A stretch of 64,000 bases of DNA from an uncultured Candidatus Saccharibacteria bacterium (GCA_964551595.1 CAZKCU010000002.1:3081-67080); one strand, 5' to 3'. Positions 8,915 to 17,210 are shown, counted from the stretch's first letter. Numbers and translations are program-made. The notes: generated by a model from the sequence alone, not told the origin.

Positions 8915-9337
8915 ATGTCAGCATTCAATGTTTTCAAAAGAAAAAAACCAGAGAAGAAAAAGATAGAAAAAAAGGAGGTTAAAAAGACCCCCGAAGTTAA
9001 AGGGAGGCCGTCTGAAAAAATGCAAAAAGCTGAATTACCAGTAAAAAAAGGCTTTAATGTTGCCTATCGCACTTTAAAAACGCCCCACATTACAGAAAAA
9101 GCGGGAGATTTGGCTAAAAAAAATCAATATGTTTTTAAAATTTGGCCAGGGGCAAATAAAACTGAAATAAAAAAAGCGATTCAAGATATTTATGGAGTAG
9201 ATGTTTTAGATATAAGAATTATTAAGATTTCGAGAAAACCCAGAAGATTGGGAAGGCAAAGAGGTTGGAGAGAAGGATATAAAAAGGCTATTATAAAAAT
9301 AAAAGAGGGGCAAAAGATGGAAATATTGCCAAGGTAA
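8915..9337 (+). CDS. rplW: 50S ribosomal protein L23 with Lys-rich N-terminal extension
   Basis: The C-terminal ~95 aa are L23-like (LKTPHITEKA...YVFKI...ANKTEIKKAIQDIYGV). About 45 aa of basic extension precede them. Confidence 0.93.
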   Translation: MSAFNVFKRKKPEKKKIEKKEVKKTPEVKGRPSEKMQKAELPVKKGFNVAYRTLKTPHITEKAGDLAKKNQYVFKIWPGANKTEIKKAIQDIYGVDVLDIRIIKISRKPRRLGRQRGWREGYKKAIIKIKEGQKMEILPR

Positions 9338-9349
9338 AAACTAATTTCT

Positions 9350-10135
9350 ATGAAATCTCCAAAATTACTAACAAAAAAAGAACCGGAAAAAAAGCTGCTA
9401 AAGTTTATAAAGAAGAAAGCAGGAAGGGCTCGTTCGGGCCGGATAACTGTTCGTCATCGGGGGAAAGGAGCAAAAAGACTTTATAGAATCATTGATTTCG
9501 GACAGGAAAAACTCGGTCTCCAGGCTAAAGTTGTTGCTTTAGAATACGACCCTTACAGAACCAGTTTCATTGCTCTTTTGGGATACCAGGATGGAGAAAA
9601 AAGATACATTTTAGCCCCCCAAAATTTAAAGATTGGGGATAAAATTATTATTTCAGAAAAAGCTGAAATCCGGCCGGGGAATCGAAGGAAACTAAAAAAT
9701 ATTCCAGTAGGAACTCAGCTCTATAATATTGAGATTGAGCCTGGCAAAGGAGGGAGATTGGTCAGGGGAGCAGGAACTGCTGCAAGAATCCTGGCTCAGG
9801 AAGGAAAGTTCGTCCATTTGGAAATGCCTTCTTCAGAAATTAGGCGGATTTCTCAAGAATGTTTTGCCTCAATTGGGATGGTTTCCCGACCCGAGCATAA
9901 ATTTACTACTCTTTCAAAGGCAGGCAGAGCTCGTCATATGAGACGGAGGCCAACTGTTCGAGGAACAGCTATGGTTCCTGCTGACCATCCTCATGGAGGA
10001 GGTGAAGGTAGAGCCCCAATTGGATTAAAACACCCAAAGACTCCCTGGGGAAAACCAGCTCTAGGAAAAAAAACAAGAAAAAAAAAGTGGACGGATAAAT
10101 ACATTATTCAAAGAAGACGTAAGAAAAAGAAATAA
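9350..10135 (+). CDS. rplB: 50S ribosomal protein L2
   Basis: [16 protein letters not shown]...[11 protein letters not shown]. Confidence 0.97.
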   Translation: MKSPKLLTKKEPEKKLLKFIKKKAGRARSGRITVRHRGKGAKRLYRIIDFGQEKLGLQAKVVALEYDPYRTSFIALLGYQDGEKRYILAPQNLKIGDKIIISEKAEIRPGNRRKLKNIPVGTQLYNIEIEPGKGGRLVRGAGTAARILAQEGKFVHLEMPSSEIRRISQECFASIGMVSRPEHKFTTLSKAGRARHMRRRPTVRGTAMVPADHPHGGGEGRAPIGLKHPKTPWGKPALGKKTRKKKWTDKYIIQRRRKKKK

Positions 10136-10137
10136 CT

Positions 10138-10458
10138 ATGGCAAGGTCACTCAAAAAAGGTCCATATGTGTCAGAAAAACTTTTAGAAAAGATTAAGAAA
10201 TTAAAACCAGGCACAAAGGAAATTATAAAAACTTGGTGCCGGGCTTGTGTCATTACTCCAGAAATGATTGGTTTAACTTTTGGCGTCCATAATGGAAAAG
10301 AACACATCCCTGTTTATGTGACTGAAGATATGGTTGGTCACCGACTTGGGGAATTTGCTCTGACGACTAAATTTTCAAGGCATGGCGGAAGAATGCAGAG
10401 GGAATTAGAGCAAAAAACAACTGAAAAGGAAGTAGAGAAACTTAAAGAATCTGAGTAA
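10138..10458 (+). CDS. rpsS: 30S ribosomal protein S19
   Basis: SLKKGPYV...[27 protein letters not shown]. Confidence 0.97.
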   Translation: MARSLKKGPYVSEKLLEKIKKLKPGTKEIIKTWCRACVITPEMIGLTFGVHNGKEHIPVYVTEDMVGHRLGEFALTTKFSRHGGRMQRELEQKTTEKEVEKLKESE

Positions 10459-10514
10459 AGGAAACAGCTATCATAATTCTTATTATTAATGCTAAACACA
10501 ATCTTTTTAATAAT

Positions 10515-11012
10515 ATGTCAGTAATTGCTAAATTAAAATATTTACGGATTGCCCCTAGAAAAGTTCGCTTAGTCGCTAATCTCATTCTAGGAAAATCAAC
10601 TAAGGAAGCTCAGAGTATTTTAGATTTTACTGTAAAAAAAGCGGCTCAGCCCCTTTTAAAACTCTTAAAATCTGCCCTTTCTAACGCTAAACATAATTTC
10701 CAGTTATTAGATGAATCAAATCTTTATATCTCTAAAATTATAGTTGAGGAGGGGCCAAAATTAAAAAGATGGAGGGCTCGGGCCCGGGGAACAGTTGCCT
10801 CAATTCAAAAAAAGACTTCTCATATAACAATAATTCTTGATGAAATTTCAAAAAAACCCAAAAAAGTAAAAAAGGTTAGAAGGGTTGAAAAAGCTAAAAA
10901 AGTGAAAAGAATTCCCCGGCTGAAAAAACCAAAACTAAAAGCTGAGATGGAAATATCCAAACCAAAAATTGAAAGGGGAGTAAAAAGAATATTTAGACGC
11001 AAGGCTTTCTGA
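10515..11012 (+). CDS. rplV: 50S ribosomal protein L22 with Lys-rich C-terminal extension
   Basis: L22-like core (LRIAPRKVRLVANLI.GKS..EA..IL.F) followed by a KKPKKVKKVRR tail. Confidence 0.95.
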   Translation: MSVIAKLKYLRIAPRKVRLVANLILGKSTKEAQSILDFTVKKAAQPLLKLLKSALSNAKHNFQLLDESNLYISKIIVEEGPKLKRWRARARGTVASIQKKTSHITIILDEISKKPKKVKKVRRVEKAKKVKRIPRLKKPKLKAEMEISKPKIERGVKRIFRRKAF

Positions 11013-11015
11013 AAC

Positions 11016-11654
11016 ATGACTCATAAGGTTCACCCAAAAGCATTTAGAATAAAAGAAGCAACTGACTGGGATTCTCGTGGATTTTATAAAAAAAACCTTC
11101 CAGAATACCTGAAAGAAGATTTTGAAATTAGAAAATTTCTAAGAAAAAAATTAAAGAATATGGGGGTTGAAAAAATTGAAATTGAAAGGTTTCCAAAGAA
11201 ATTAAATATTATTATTTCGAGTGTTAGGCCGGGTCTTATCATTGGCAGAGGAGGAGGGGGAGTTGAAGCATTAAAAAAAGAATTAGAAAAAGTTTTGACT
11301 ACGTCCTCTTCGGAATTGAGAATTGAGATTAGAGAAATTAAAAATCCTTGGCTTTCCGCTGTCTTGGCTGCAGAGTGGATGGCTCAACAAATCGAGAAAA
11401 GAGTTCACTACCGAAGAGTATTAAAACAGGCTTTAGATAAAATTACAGCTAATAAGGCTGCCCAGGGAGCGAGAGTAGAGGTTGCTGGTAGATTAAACGG
11501 AGTAATGATTTCCCGGACTGAATGGTTAAAGAAAGGTCGTCTTCCTCGCCAAACTCTGAGAGCTGTGATAGATTATGGGAAAGCAAGAGCTTATTGCTCC
11601 TATGGAGTGGTGGGGGTTAAGGTCTGGATATATAAAGGAGAGAAGTTTGAATAA
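11016..11654 (+). CDS. rpsC: 30S ribosomal protein S3
   Basis: HKVHPKAFRI...KH-domain GRGGGGVEALKKEL. Confidence 0.97.
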   Translation: MTHKVHPKAFRIKEATDWDSRGFYKKNLPEYLKEDFEIRKFLRKKLKNMGVEKIEIERFPKKLNIIISSVRPGLIIGRGGGGVEALKKELEKVLTTSSSELRIEIREIKNPWLSAVLAAEWMAQQIEKRVHYRRVLKQALDKITANKAAQGARVEVAGRLNGVMISRTEWLKKGRLPRQTLRAVIDYGKARAYCSYGVVGVKVWIYKGEKFE

Positions 11655-11660
11655 AGAAGG

Positions 11661-11829
11661 ACATCCCAAATTGGAGAGGGGTCGGGAGAACCCTTCGGTT
11701 CTCCCGTATAGGAAAATATTAAAAACAGAGGGTTTTTAAAGAGCGAGCCCGAACCGAGCACATAATACTTTATGTTCTTGGGCCAGCCGTAAGGCTGGAT
11801 GAGGGCGAGCGACTAACTTGGTATTACCA
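11661..11829 (+). repeat. family A structured element, copy 1 (rpsC|rplP gap)
   Basis: 5' module GGAGAGGGGTCGGGAGAACCCTTCGGTTCTCCCGTATAGGAAAATATTAAAAAC. GNRA hairpin CCAGCC-GTAA-GGCTGG at 11783-11798. 3' module GAGGGCGAGCGACTAACTTGGTATTACCA-ATG. Confidence 0.85.
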
Positions 11830-12240
11830 ATGGCTATATTAATTCCACGAAAAGTTAAACATCGAAAATGGCAAAAAGGAAGAAGTAAAGGGAGAGAGAC
11901 TCGGGGGACTGAGCTGGTTTTTGGCAGTTATGGTTTAAAAAGTCTGCAAGAAGGGTGGATTAGTTCTCGCCAAATAGAAGCAGCTAGAAGAACTATCATT
12001 AGATATCTAAAAAAGGGAGGAAAACTCTGGATTAGAATTTTTCCTCAAAAACCAATAACTAGGAAAGGAACAGAAATTCCCATGGGGGGAGGAAAAGGGA
12101 GTGTAGATCATTATGTTTTTCCAATAAAGCCTGGTCGAATTATTTTTGAATTAGAAGGAATAAAAATAACCGAAGCTCAGGAATCTTTAGGGAAAGCAGC
12201 TGACAAATTATCGGTTAAAACAAGATTTATTAAAAGATAA
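11830..12240 (+). CDS. rplP: 50S ribosomal protein L16
   Basis: [18 protein letters not shown]. The start is moved from the TTG at 11818 to the ATG at 11830, because the TTG lies inside the repeat. Confidence 0.95.
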   Translation: MAILIPRKVKHRKWQKGRSKGRETRGTELVFGSYGLKSLQEGWISSRQIEAARRTIIRYLKKGGKLWIRIFPQKPITRKGTEIPMGGGKGSVDHYVFPIKPGRIIFELEGIKITEAQESLGKAADKLSVKTRFIKR

Positions 12241-12260
12241 ATCATTAATTTTTGTGAAAA

Positions 12261-12360
12261 TAGGAACCTTTCGCTTCGCGAAAGAACCTTGATTTCATAA
12301 TTTTCGCTTCGTTTCCTTAATTGCGAAGCAATTACAGTAGAGCTAAGCGAGCGGTTCCTA
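12261..12360. repeat. palindromic element bounded by TAGGAACC/GGTTCCTA carrying the core box in reverse orientation
   Basis: TTTCGC-TTC-GCGAAA and TAATTGC-GAA-GCAATTA hairpins. The reverse complement of 12315-12360 matches the core box AACCnGTCGCT..CTGTAATTGCTTCGCAATTAAG seen in family A. Confidence 0.75.
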
Positions 12361-12367
12361 AATTTTT

Positions 12368-12544
12368 ATGAAAATAACAGAATTGAGTCAAAAGTCAAAA
12401 AATGAATTGCAGACTTTACTATCTGAAAAAAGAGAGAGATTGCGACAATTAAGATTTAACATATCTTCAGGCAAAGTTAAGAATGTCAGAGAAATTAGAA
12501 TAATAAAGAAAGATATCTCCAGAATATTAACAATATTAAAATAG
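12368..12544 (+). CDS. rpmC: 50S ribosomal protein L29 (58 aa; below ORF-track cutoff)
   Basis: Hand translation gives MKITELSQKSKNELQTLLSEKRERLRQLRFNISSGKVKNVREIRIIKKDISRILTILK. It sits in the expected slot between rplP and rpsQ. Confidence 0.9.
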   Translation: MKITELSQKSKNELQTLLSEKRERLRQLRFNISSGKVKNVREIRIIKKDISRILTILK

Positions 12545-12545
12545 A

Positions 12546-12682
12546 ACATCCCACATCGGAGAGGGGTCGGGAGAACCCTTCGGTTCTCCCGTATAGGAAA
12601 ATATTAAAAACCGAGGGTTTTTAAGAAGCGGTGTTAGTCGAGCGAAGCGAGACGTGCCGCGACCTAACTCGGTATTATCACT
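12546..12682 (+). repeat. family A structured element, copy 2 (short form; rpmC|rpsQ gap)
   Basis: Same 5' module as copy 1. A divergent middle section is followed by the 3' end CTAACTCGGTATTATCACT-ATG. Confidence 0.85.
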
Positions 12683-12916
12683 ATGGTAAAAAGAAAATTA
12701 CAAGGCACAATCATTTCAACTAAAATGAAAAAGACGGTAGTAGTTAAAACAGAGCGAATAAAAGAACACCCGAGATACAAAAAGAGATACAAAGTTCACA
12801 AAAAATATAAAGCCCATGATGAAAGCGAAAAGTGCAAAGTAGGAGATAAGGTTATTATTGAAGAATGTAGGCCAATATCAAAAGATAAGAGATGGAGAGT
12901 AATAAAGAAAGCTTGA
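12683..12916 (+). CDS. rpsQ: 30S ribosomal protein S17
   Basis: KLQGTIISTKMKKTVVVKTERIKEHPRYKK...HDE...GD.V.I.ECRPISK.K.W. Confidence 0.96.
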   Translation: MVKRKLQGTIISTKMKKTVVVKTERIKEHPRYKKRYKVHKKYKAHDESEKCKVGDKVIIEECRPISKDKRWRVIKKA

Positions 12917-13130
12917 ACCACATCGGAGAGGGGTCGGGAGAACCCTTCGGTTCTCCCGTATAGGAAAATATTAAAAACCGAGGGTTTTACAAACCAGTCG
13001 TCGCTCCGCGCCTCCTTGTAATTGCTTCGCAATTAAGAAAGAGCGAGCCCGAAGCGAGGCTGAGATTGTCGAAGCCGAGCGCCAGCCGTAAGGCTGGATG
13101 AGGGCGAGCGACTAACTTGGTATTACCACT
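12917..13130 (+). repeat. family A structured element, copy 3 (long form; rpsQ|rplN gap)
   Basis: Contains the 5' module, the core box (12992-13038), the CCAGCC-GTAA-GGCTGG hairpin (13082-13097) and the 3' module ending ...GGTATTACCACT-ATG. Confidence 0.9.
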
Positions 13131-13502
13131 ATGATACAGCCCCGAACAATGTTAAAAGTTGTCGACAATACCGGAGCTAGAGTCATCCAGTGTTTTCGAG
13201 TTTTGGGTGGTAGCCGCCGGCGTTATGCTCGAATTGGAGATATTATAGTTGCCACCGTAAAAGAAGCTGAACCAAGGAGGATTGTTAAAAAACACGATGT
13301 AGTTAGGGCAGTAATTATTCGGCAAAAAAAAGCCTACAGGAGAAATGATGGTTCTTATATTAGATTTGATGAGCCAGCCGCCGTAATTCTTGAAGGGAAA
13401 ACAAAAGATCCAAAAGGAGGAAGAATTTCCGGACCCGTACCAAAGGAATTAAAAGAAAAGGGATTTGAAAAGATTGCCGCCTTGGCCGAAGAACTAGTAT
13501 AA
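13131..13502 (+). CDS. rplN: 50S ribosomal protein L14
   Basis: [24 protein letters not shown]. Confidence 0.97.
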   Translation: MIQPRTMLKVVDNTGARVIQCFRVLGGSRRRYARIGDIIVATVKEAEPRRIVKKHDVVRAVIIRQKKAYRRNDGSYIRFDEPAAVILEGKTKDPKGGRISGPVPKELKEKGFEKIAALAEELV

Positions 13503-13645
13503 CGCTCGGCAACAAGTTTTAAAGTACCGATAGTTCAAATCCCAGCGAGATTTGACTATCTACATTCTCGTCCCGTCGCTCCGACTTCGTCGGAGACCGT
13601 GTCGACGGGACTGCGAAAGTTACTTTAAAACTTGTTGCCTCGCTT
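13503..13645. repeat. family B palindromic element, copy 1
   Basis: About 20-bp outer stem GGCAACAAGTTTTAAAGTAC/GTTACTTTAAAACTTGTTGCC. Inner hairpins are GATAGTTCAAATC..GATTTGACTATC, GTCCCGTCG..CGACGGGAC and CTCCGAC-TTC-GTCGGAG. It appears near-identical by eye, with scattered substitutions, to 21777-21920. Confidence 0.85.
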
Positions 13646-13707
13646 AAAAATTATTTGTAATTCCGAGCAAAGCGAGGAATCAAGGTTCTGGCGAAGTCAG
13701 GTTCTTA

Positions 13708-13734
13708 TATTCGTAAATATTCGTAATTCGTAGG
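13708..13734 (+). repeat. ATTCGTA heptamer repeat immediately upstream of rplX start
   Basis: TATTCGTAAATATTCGTAATTCGTAGG-ATA-ATG. The same ATTCGTAATTCGTAGG box precedes fusA (3610-3632) and tuf (5893-5908). Confidence 0.7.
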
Positions 13735-13737
13735 ATA

Positions 13738-14043
13738 ATGAAAATAAAAAAAGGCGACCAGGTTCTTATAATTTCCGGTAAAGACAAAGGTAGAAAAAGT
13801 AAGGTTTTAGAGGTTCTTCCTAAAGAGCAGAGAGTTGTAATAGAAGGCGTTAACATAAGAAAAAAACATGTCAGACCGAAAAAGACGGGGGAAAAGGGTC
13901 AAATTATAGAAACACCCGGTTCCGTCCATATTTCTAATCTAAAGCTTATTTGTTTGAAATGCGGAAAAGCAACGAGGGTGGAATATAAAATTGTAGAAAA
14001 GAAAAAATATCGAATTTGTAAAAAATGTGGGCAAGAAATATGA
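13738..14043 (+). CDS. rplX: 50S ribosomal protein L24 with C-terminal Cys4 zinc ribbon
   Basis: KOW motif IKKGDQVLIISGKDKG; C-terminal CLKCG...CKKCG. Confidence 0.95.
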   Translation: MKIKKGDQVLIISGKDKGRKSKVLEVLPKEQRVVIEGVNIRKKHVRPKKTGEKGQIIETPGSVHISNLKLICLKCGKATRVEYKIVEKKKYRICKKCGQEI

Positions 14044-14600
14044 TTACCAAATTACCAGAAAAATATAAAAAAGAGGTTATACCTCAGATGAAAGAAAAAT
14101 TCGGGTATACTAACAAGATGGCTGTTCCAAAGATTGAAAAAGTTGTAGTCAATACTGGCTTTGGTAGATTGATTGCCGATAAAACTTCAGAAGAACAGAA
14201 GAAAATTTTTGAAGCTGTTTTAGAAGATTTTAGCTTAATTACCGGGCAAAGACCTGTTTTAACGAGAGCAAAAAAGTCAATTTCTGGCTTTAAAATTCGT
14301 CAGGGCCTTCCAATTGGGGCTCGGGTTACATTGAGGGGAAAAAGAATGTTTGATTTTTTAGAAAGATTAATTAATATTGCTCTTCCCAGATCTCGTGATT
14401 TTCAGGGGATTGACTCAAAATCATTTGATAAAAAGGGAAATTTAACTATTGCTATTCGAGAGCACATTACCTTTCCCGAAATTTTAATAGAAAAGGCAAA
14501 AAATATTTTTGGCCTTGAAATTACCGTGGTAACTACGGCAAAAAAAAGAGAAGAAGGGATAGAATTATTAAAGTTACTCGGCTTTCCAATTAAGGCTTAA
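14040..14600 (+). CDS. rplE: 50S ribosomal protein L5
   Basis: L5-like sequence ([12 protein letters not shown]...[23 protein letters not shown]). The start is set at an ATGA overlap with the rplX stop instead of the upstream ATG at 14025. Confidence 0.95.
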   Translation: MITKLPEKYKKEVIPQMKEKFGYTNKMAVPKIEKVVVNTGFGRLIADKTSEEQKKIFEAVLEDFSLITGQRPVLTRAKKSISGFKIRQGLPIGARVTLRGKRMFDFLERLINIALPRSRDFQGIDSKSFDKKGNLTIAIREHITFPEILIEKAKNIFGLEITVVTTAKKREEGIELLKLLGFPIKA

Positions 14601-14604
14601 AAGT

Positions 14605-14790
14605 ATGGCGACGAAAGCTAAAATAGTAAAATCTAAAAAGAAACCTAAATTTAGTTCGAGAATAGTTCGGCGTTGCTTTAGATGTGGGAGAAAAAGAGGA
14701 TATATGAGAAAATTTGGATTATGCCGGATATGTTTTAGAGAGATGGCAAACCAAGGGCTGATACCTGGAGTAAAGAAATCGTCATGGTAA
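14605..14790 (+). CDS. rpsN: 30S ribosomal protein S14 type Z (zinc-binding, 61 aa)
   Basis: [23 protein letters not shown]. Confidence 0.96.
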   Translation: MATKAKIVKSKKKPKFSSRIVRRCFRCGRKRGYMRKFGLCRICFREMANQGLIPGVKKSSW

Positions 14791-14805
14791 AAATCCAAAA
14801 TAAAT

Positions 14806-15222
14806 ATGACTGATCCTATCACTGATATGCTCAACCGAATAAGAAATGCTCAAGCTGTTTTGAAAGAAACGGTTGATATTCCTTTTTCTAATTTAAAATA
14901 TGAAATTTCTATAATTTTAGAAAAGGAAAATTTTATTGAGAAGGTCGAAAAAAAAGGAAGGAAAACTAAAAAATTCATTAAAATTAGCTTAAAATACTTG
15001 CCTTCTTCCCGAGTTTTGCAAGATAAAACAAAAGTGGCAGCAATTTCTGGTTTAAAAAGAATTTCCAAACCAGGCCAAAGGATTTACCTTTCAGCTAAAA
15101 AAATGCGGAGAGTAAGAGGGGGTTATGGAATAGCAATAATCTCAACACCAAAAGGATTGATGACTGATAAAAAAGCGAGGAGGCAGAAATTGGGAGGGGA
15201 AGTTTTATGTGAAGTCTGGTAA
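14806..15222 (+). CDS. rpsH: 30S ribosomal protein S8
   Basis: MTDPITDMLNRIRNA...GGEVLCEVW. Confidence 0.97.
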   Translation: MTDPITDMLNRIRNAQAVLKETVDIPFSNLKYEISIILEKENFIEKVEKKGRKTKKFIKISLKYLPSSRVLQDKTKVAAISGLKRISKPGQRIYLSAKKMRRVRGGYGIAIISTPKGLMTDKKARRQKLGGEVLCEVW

Positions 15223-15227
15223 ATATT

Positions 15228-15773
15228 ATGTCTAGAATAGGCAAAAAACCAATTTTAATACCAGAACGTGTAGAAATTAAAATAGAGAACCAGAAAGTTA
15301 AAATTTTAGGTCCCAGAGGGGAACTCGAGAGAGAAATTCGCCCGGAGATTAGAGTTGAGTTAAAAGAAGGCAAGATTTTTGTTTTACCAAAAATCGAGAC
15401 TAAAAAAACCAAGGCTTTTTGGGGTTTGACTCGGGCCCTCCTCGCCAACGCAATAGAAGGAGTAACCTGTGGTTTCGAGAAGAAATTACAGATAGAAGGA
15501 CTTGGTTTTAGAGCAAGTTTGGAGGGAGATAATTTAGTATTGCAAGTTGGGTTTACCCACCCCGTTAAATTAAAAACGCCGGAAGGTATAAAATTTTCAG
15601 TCGAAAAAAATATTATTACTGTTTCTGGAATTAATAAAGAATTAGTGGGCCAAGTTGCTGCCAAAATAAGAAAAGTAAAACCTCCTGAACCCTACAAAGG
15701 AAAAGGAATTAGATATTTAGGAGAAGTAATTAGGAAGAAGGTAGGAAAGAAAGTAGCAATTGCTACCGAGTAA
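15228..15773 (+). CDS. rplF: 50S ribosomal protein L6
   Basis: MSRIGKKPI.IP..V...GFTHPV....EG. Confidence 0.97.
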   Translation: MSRIGKKPILIPERVEIKIENQKVKILGPRGELEREIRPEIRVELKEGKIFVLPKIETKKTKAFWGLTRALLANAIEGVTCGFEKKLQIEGLGFRASLEGDNLVLQVGFTHPVKLKTPEGIKFSVEKNIITVSGINKELVGQVAAKIRKVKPPEPYKGKGIRYLGEVIRKKVGKKVAIATE

Positions 15774-15789
15774 CAGCTTGGCTTATTAA

Positions 15790-15850
15790 TAGGAACCATT
15801 CGCTTCGCTCACTGTAATTTATTTCGTAATTAATGCTTCGCAAATTAAAG
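15790..15850 (+). repeat. degenerate core-box copy in the rplF|rplR gap
   Basis: TAGGAACCATTCGCTTCGCTCACTGTAATTTATTTCGTAATTAATGCTTCGCAAATTAAAG, to be compared with the reverse complement of 12315-12360. Confidence 0.6.
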
Positions 15851-16270
15851 ATGTTAAAAAAACAACAAAAACGCTATAGACGTCATAAAAGAGTAAGGGC
15901 CAAAATTTTTGGCAGGGTTTCTCGACCACGACTTTGCGTTTTCAGGTCTCCAAAACATATTTACGCTCAGTTAATTGATGATGAAAAGGGAATAACCTTG
16001 GTGTCAGCTTGTGACTTGGAATTAATCCCTCAACCCAAGACTAAAAGAGAAACGAAGGAAAGAGCCGGAATCAGGCGCGAAAAAAACAAAAAAGAGACAA
16101 AAATTTTAAAAGGAAAGATTGCTTTAGCTTCCGAGGTAGGAAAGTTAATTGCTAAAAAAGCCCTGAAAAAGAAAATTGAAAAAGTGGTTTTTGACAGGGG
16201 AGGATATACTTTTCATGGAAGAGTTAAGGCTCTATCAGAAGGTGCAAAGAAAGGAGGTCTGAAGTTTTAG
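15851..16270 (+). CDS. rplR: 50S ribosomal protein L18
   Basis: [20 protein letters not shown]...[17 protein letters not shown]. The start is trimmed from 15833, where the upstream ATG lies inside the repeat. Confidence 0.9.
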   Translation: MLKKQQKRYRRHKRVRAKIFGRVSRPRLCVFRSPKHIYAQLIDDEKGITLVSACDLELIPQPKTKRETKERAGIRREKNKKETKILKGKIALASEVGKLIAKKALKKKIEKVVFDRGGYTFHGRVKALSEGAKKGGLKF

Positions 16271-16296
16271 ATTTATTTTTAATCTTAAATCTATTC

Positions 16297-16770
16297 ATGG
16301 CAAAAGAAAAACTCATAGAAAAAGAAAGACCAAAGGAGGAGTTTGAATCCAAACTGCTTGATTTGGCTCGGGTAGTTCGGGTGGCGGCCGGCGGCCGGCG
16401 TTTTCGCTTTCGCGCGGTAATGGTGATTGGAAATAAAGAAGGGAAGGTTGGAGTGGGGGTAGCTAAGGGAGCAGACGTTGCTCAGGGAGTTGAGAAAGCG
16501 ACAAGAATGGCTAAGAAAAATTTAATAGAGGTTCCCATTATAAATGGTTCTATTCCTCATCAGGTGGAAGCAAAATTTGGACCAGCTAAAGTTTTACTCA
16601 AACCCCAAAGAAAAGGAAGAGGATTAGTGGCCGGGGGAACAGTTAGGGTTATTTGCAATTTAGCCGGAATAAAAAACATTTCTTCAAAAATCTTGGGAAG
16701 AACAAGTAACAAATTAAACAATGCCAGAGCAACCATCAAGGCTCTACAAGAATTAAAAATAAAAACGTAA
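16297..16770 (+). CDS. rpsE: 30S ribosomal protein S5
   Basis: VVRVAAGGRRFRFRAVMVIGNKEGKVGVGVAKG. Confidence 0.97.
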   Translation: MAKEKLIEKERPKEEFESKLLDLARVVRVAAGGRRFRFRAVMVIGNKEGKVGVGVAKGADVAQGVEKATRMAKKNLIEVPIINGSIPHQVEAKFGPAKVLLKPQRKGRGLVAGGTVRVICNLAGIKNISSKILGRTSNKLNNARATIKALQELKIKT

Positions 16771-16777
16771 AACCACT

Positions 16778-17209
16778 ATGCAGTTACACGAATTACGTCC
16801 AAAATATAAATTAAAACGACGAAAAAGAGTTGGTCGTGGAGGCAAAAGGGGGACCTATTCTGGCCGGGGCCAAAAAGGCCAAAAATCTCGGGCAGGCAGA
16901 AGGTTAAAACCGGTAATTCGCGAGCTTATAAAAAGATACCCAAAGTTAAGAGGATATAAGTTTAGGCCCTTAAAATTAAAGCCAGCCATAATTAATCTGG
17001 AAACTCTTGAAAAAAAATTTAAAGGAGGTGAAACTGTTAATCCTCAAATCTTGATTAAACAACAGCTAATCCGTAGAATAAAAGGAAAGATTCCAAAGGT
17101 TAAGATTTTGGCAAAGGGAGAACTAACTAAAAAACTGATTATTGAAGGTTGTGAGGTATCAAAAGGAGCAAAAGAGAAAATAGAGAAAGCCAGCGGCACC
17201 ATAAAATAA
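16778..17209 (+). CDS. rplO: 50S ribosomal protein L15
   Basis: VGRGGKRGTYSGRGQKGQKSRAG. It follows rpsE after 7 nt, so there is no room for rpmD. Confidence 0.96.
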   Translation: MQLHELRPKYKLKRRKRVGRGGKRGTYSGRGQKGQKSRAGRRLKPVIRELIKRYPKLRGYKFRPLKLKPAIINLETLEKKFKGGETVNPQILIKQQLIRRIKGKIPKVKILAKGELTKKLIIEGCEVSKGAKEKIEKASGTIK

Positions 17210-17210
17210 T

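Noticed and set aside
8388-8924. Long antisense ORFs opposite conserved genes (also 3605-3964, 7790-8194, 14574-14834, 15095-15664, 18501-19058, 46532-47031, 55202-55483 and others)
   Set aside because: They mirror well-conserved r-protein or housekeeping genes on the other strand. They have low-complexity, Leu/Phe/Ser-rich composition typical of shadow frames in AT-rich, Lys-rich coding DNA, and they lack start signals.
13092-13110. Hammerhead-ribozyme-like core (GCUGGAUGAGGGCGAGC resembles CUGAUGAG)
   Set aside because: It has an extra G relative to CUGANGA, and the segment reads CUCCAGAGAGGG in copies 4 and 5, so the would-be catalytic core is not conserved. No matching GAAA/UH cleavage-site arrangement is present.
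11661-13130. Possibility that the regularly spaced family A repeats are a CRISPR array
   Set aside because: The repeats are 137-214 nt, modular and unequal in length. The 'spacers' are conserved r-protein genes (rplP, rpmC, rpsQ). No cas genes are present.
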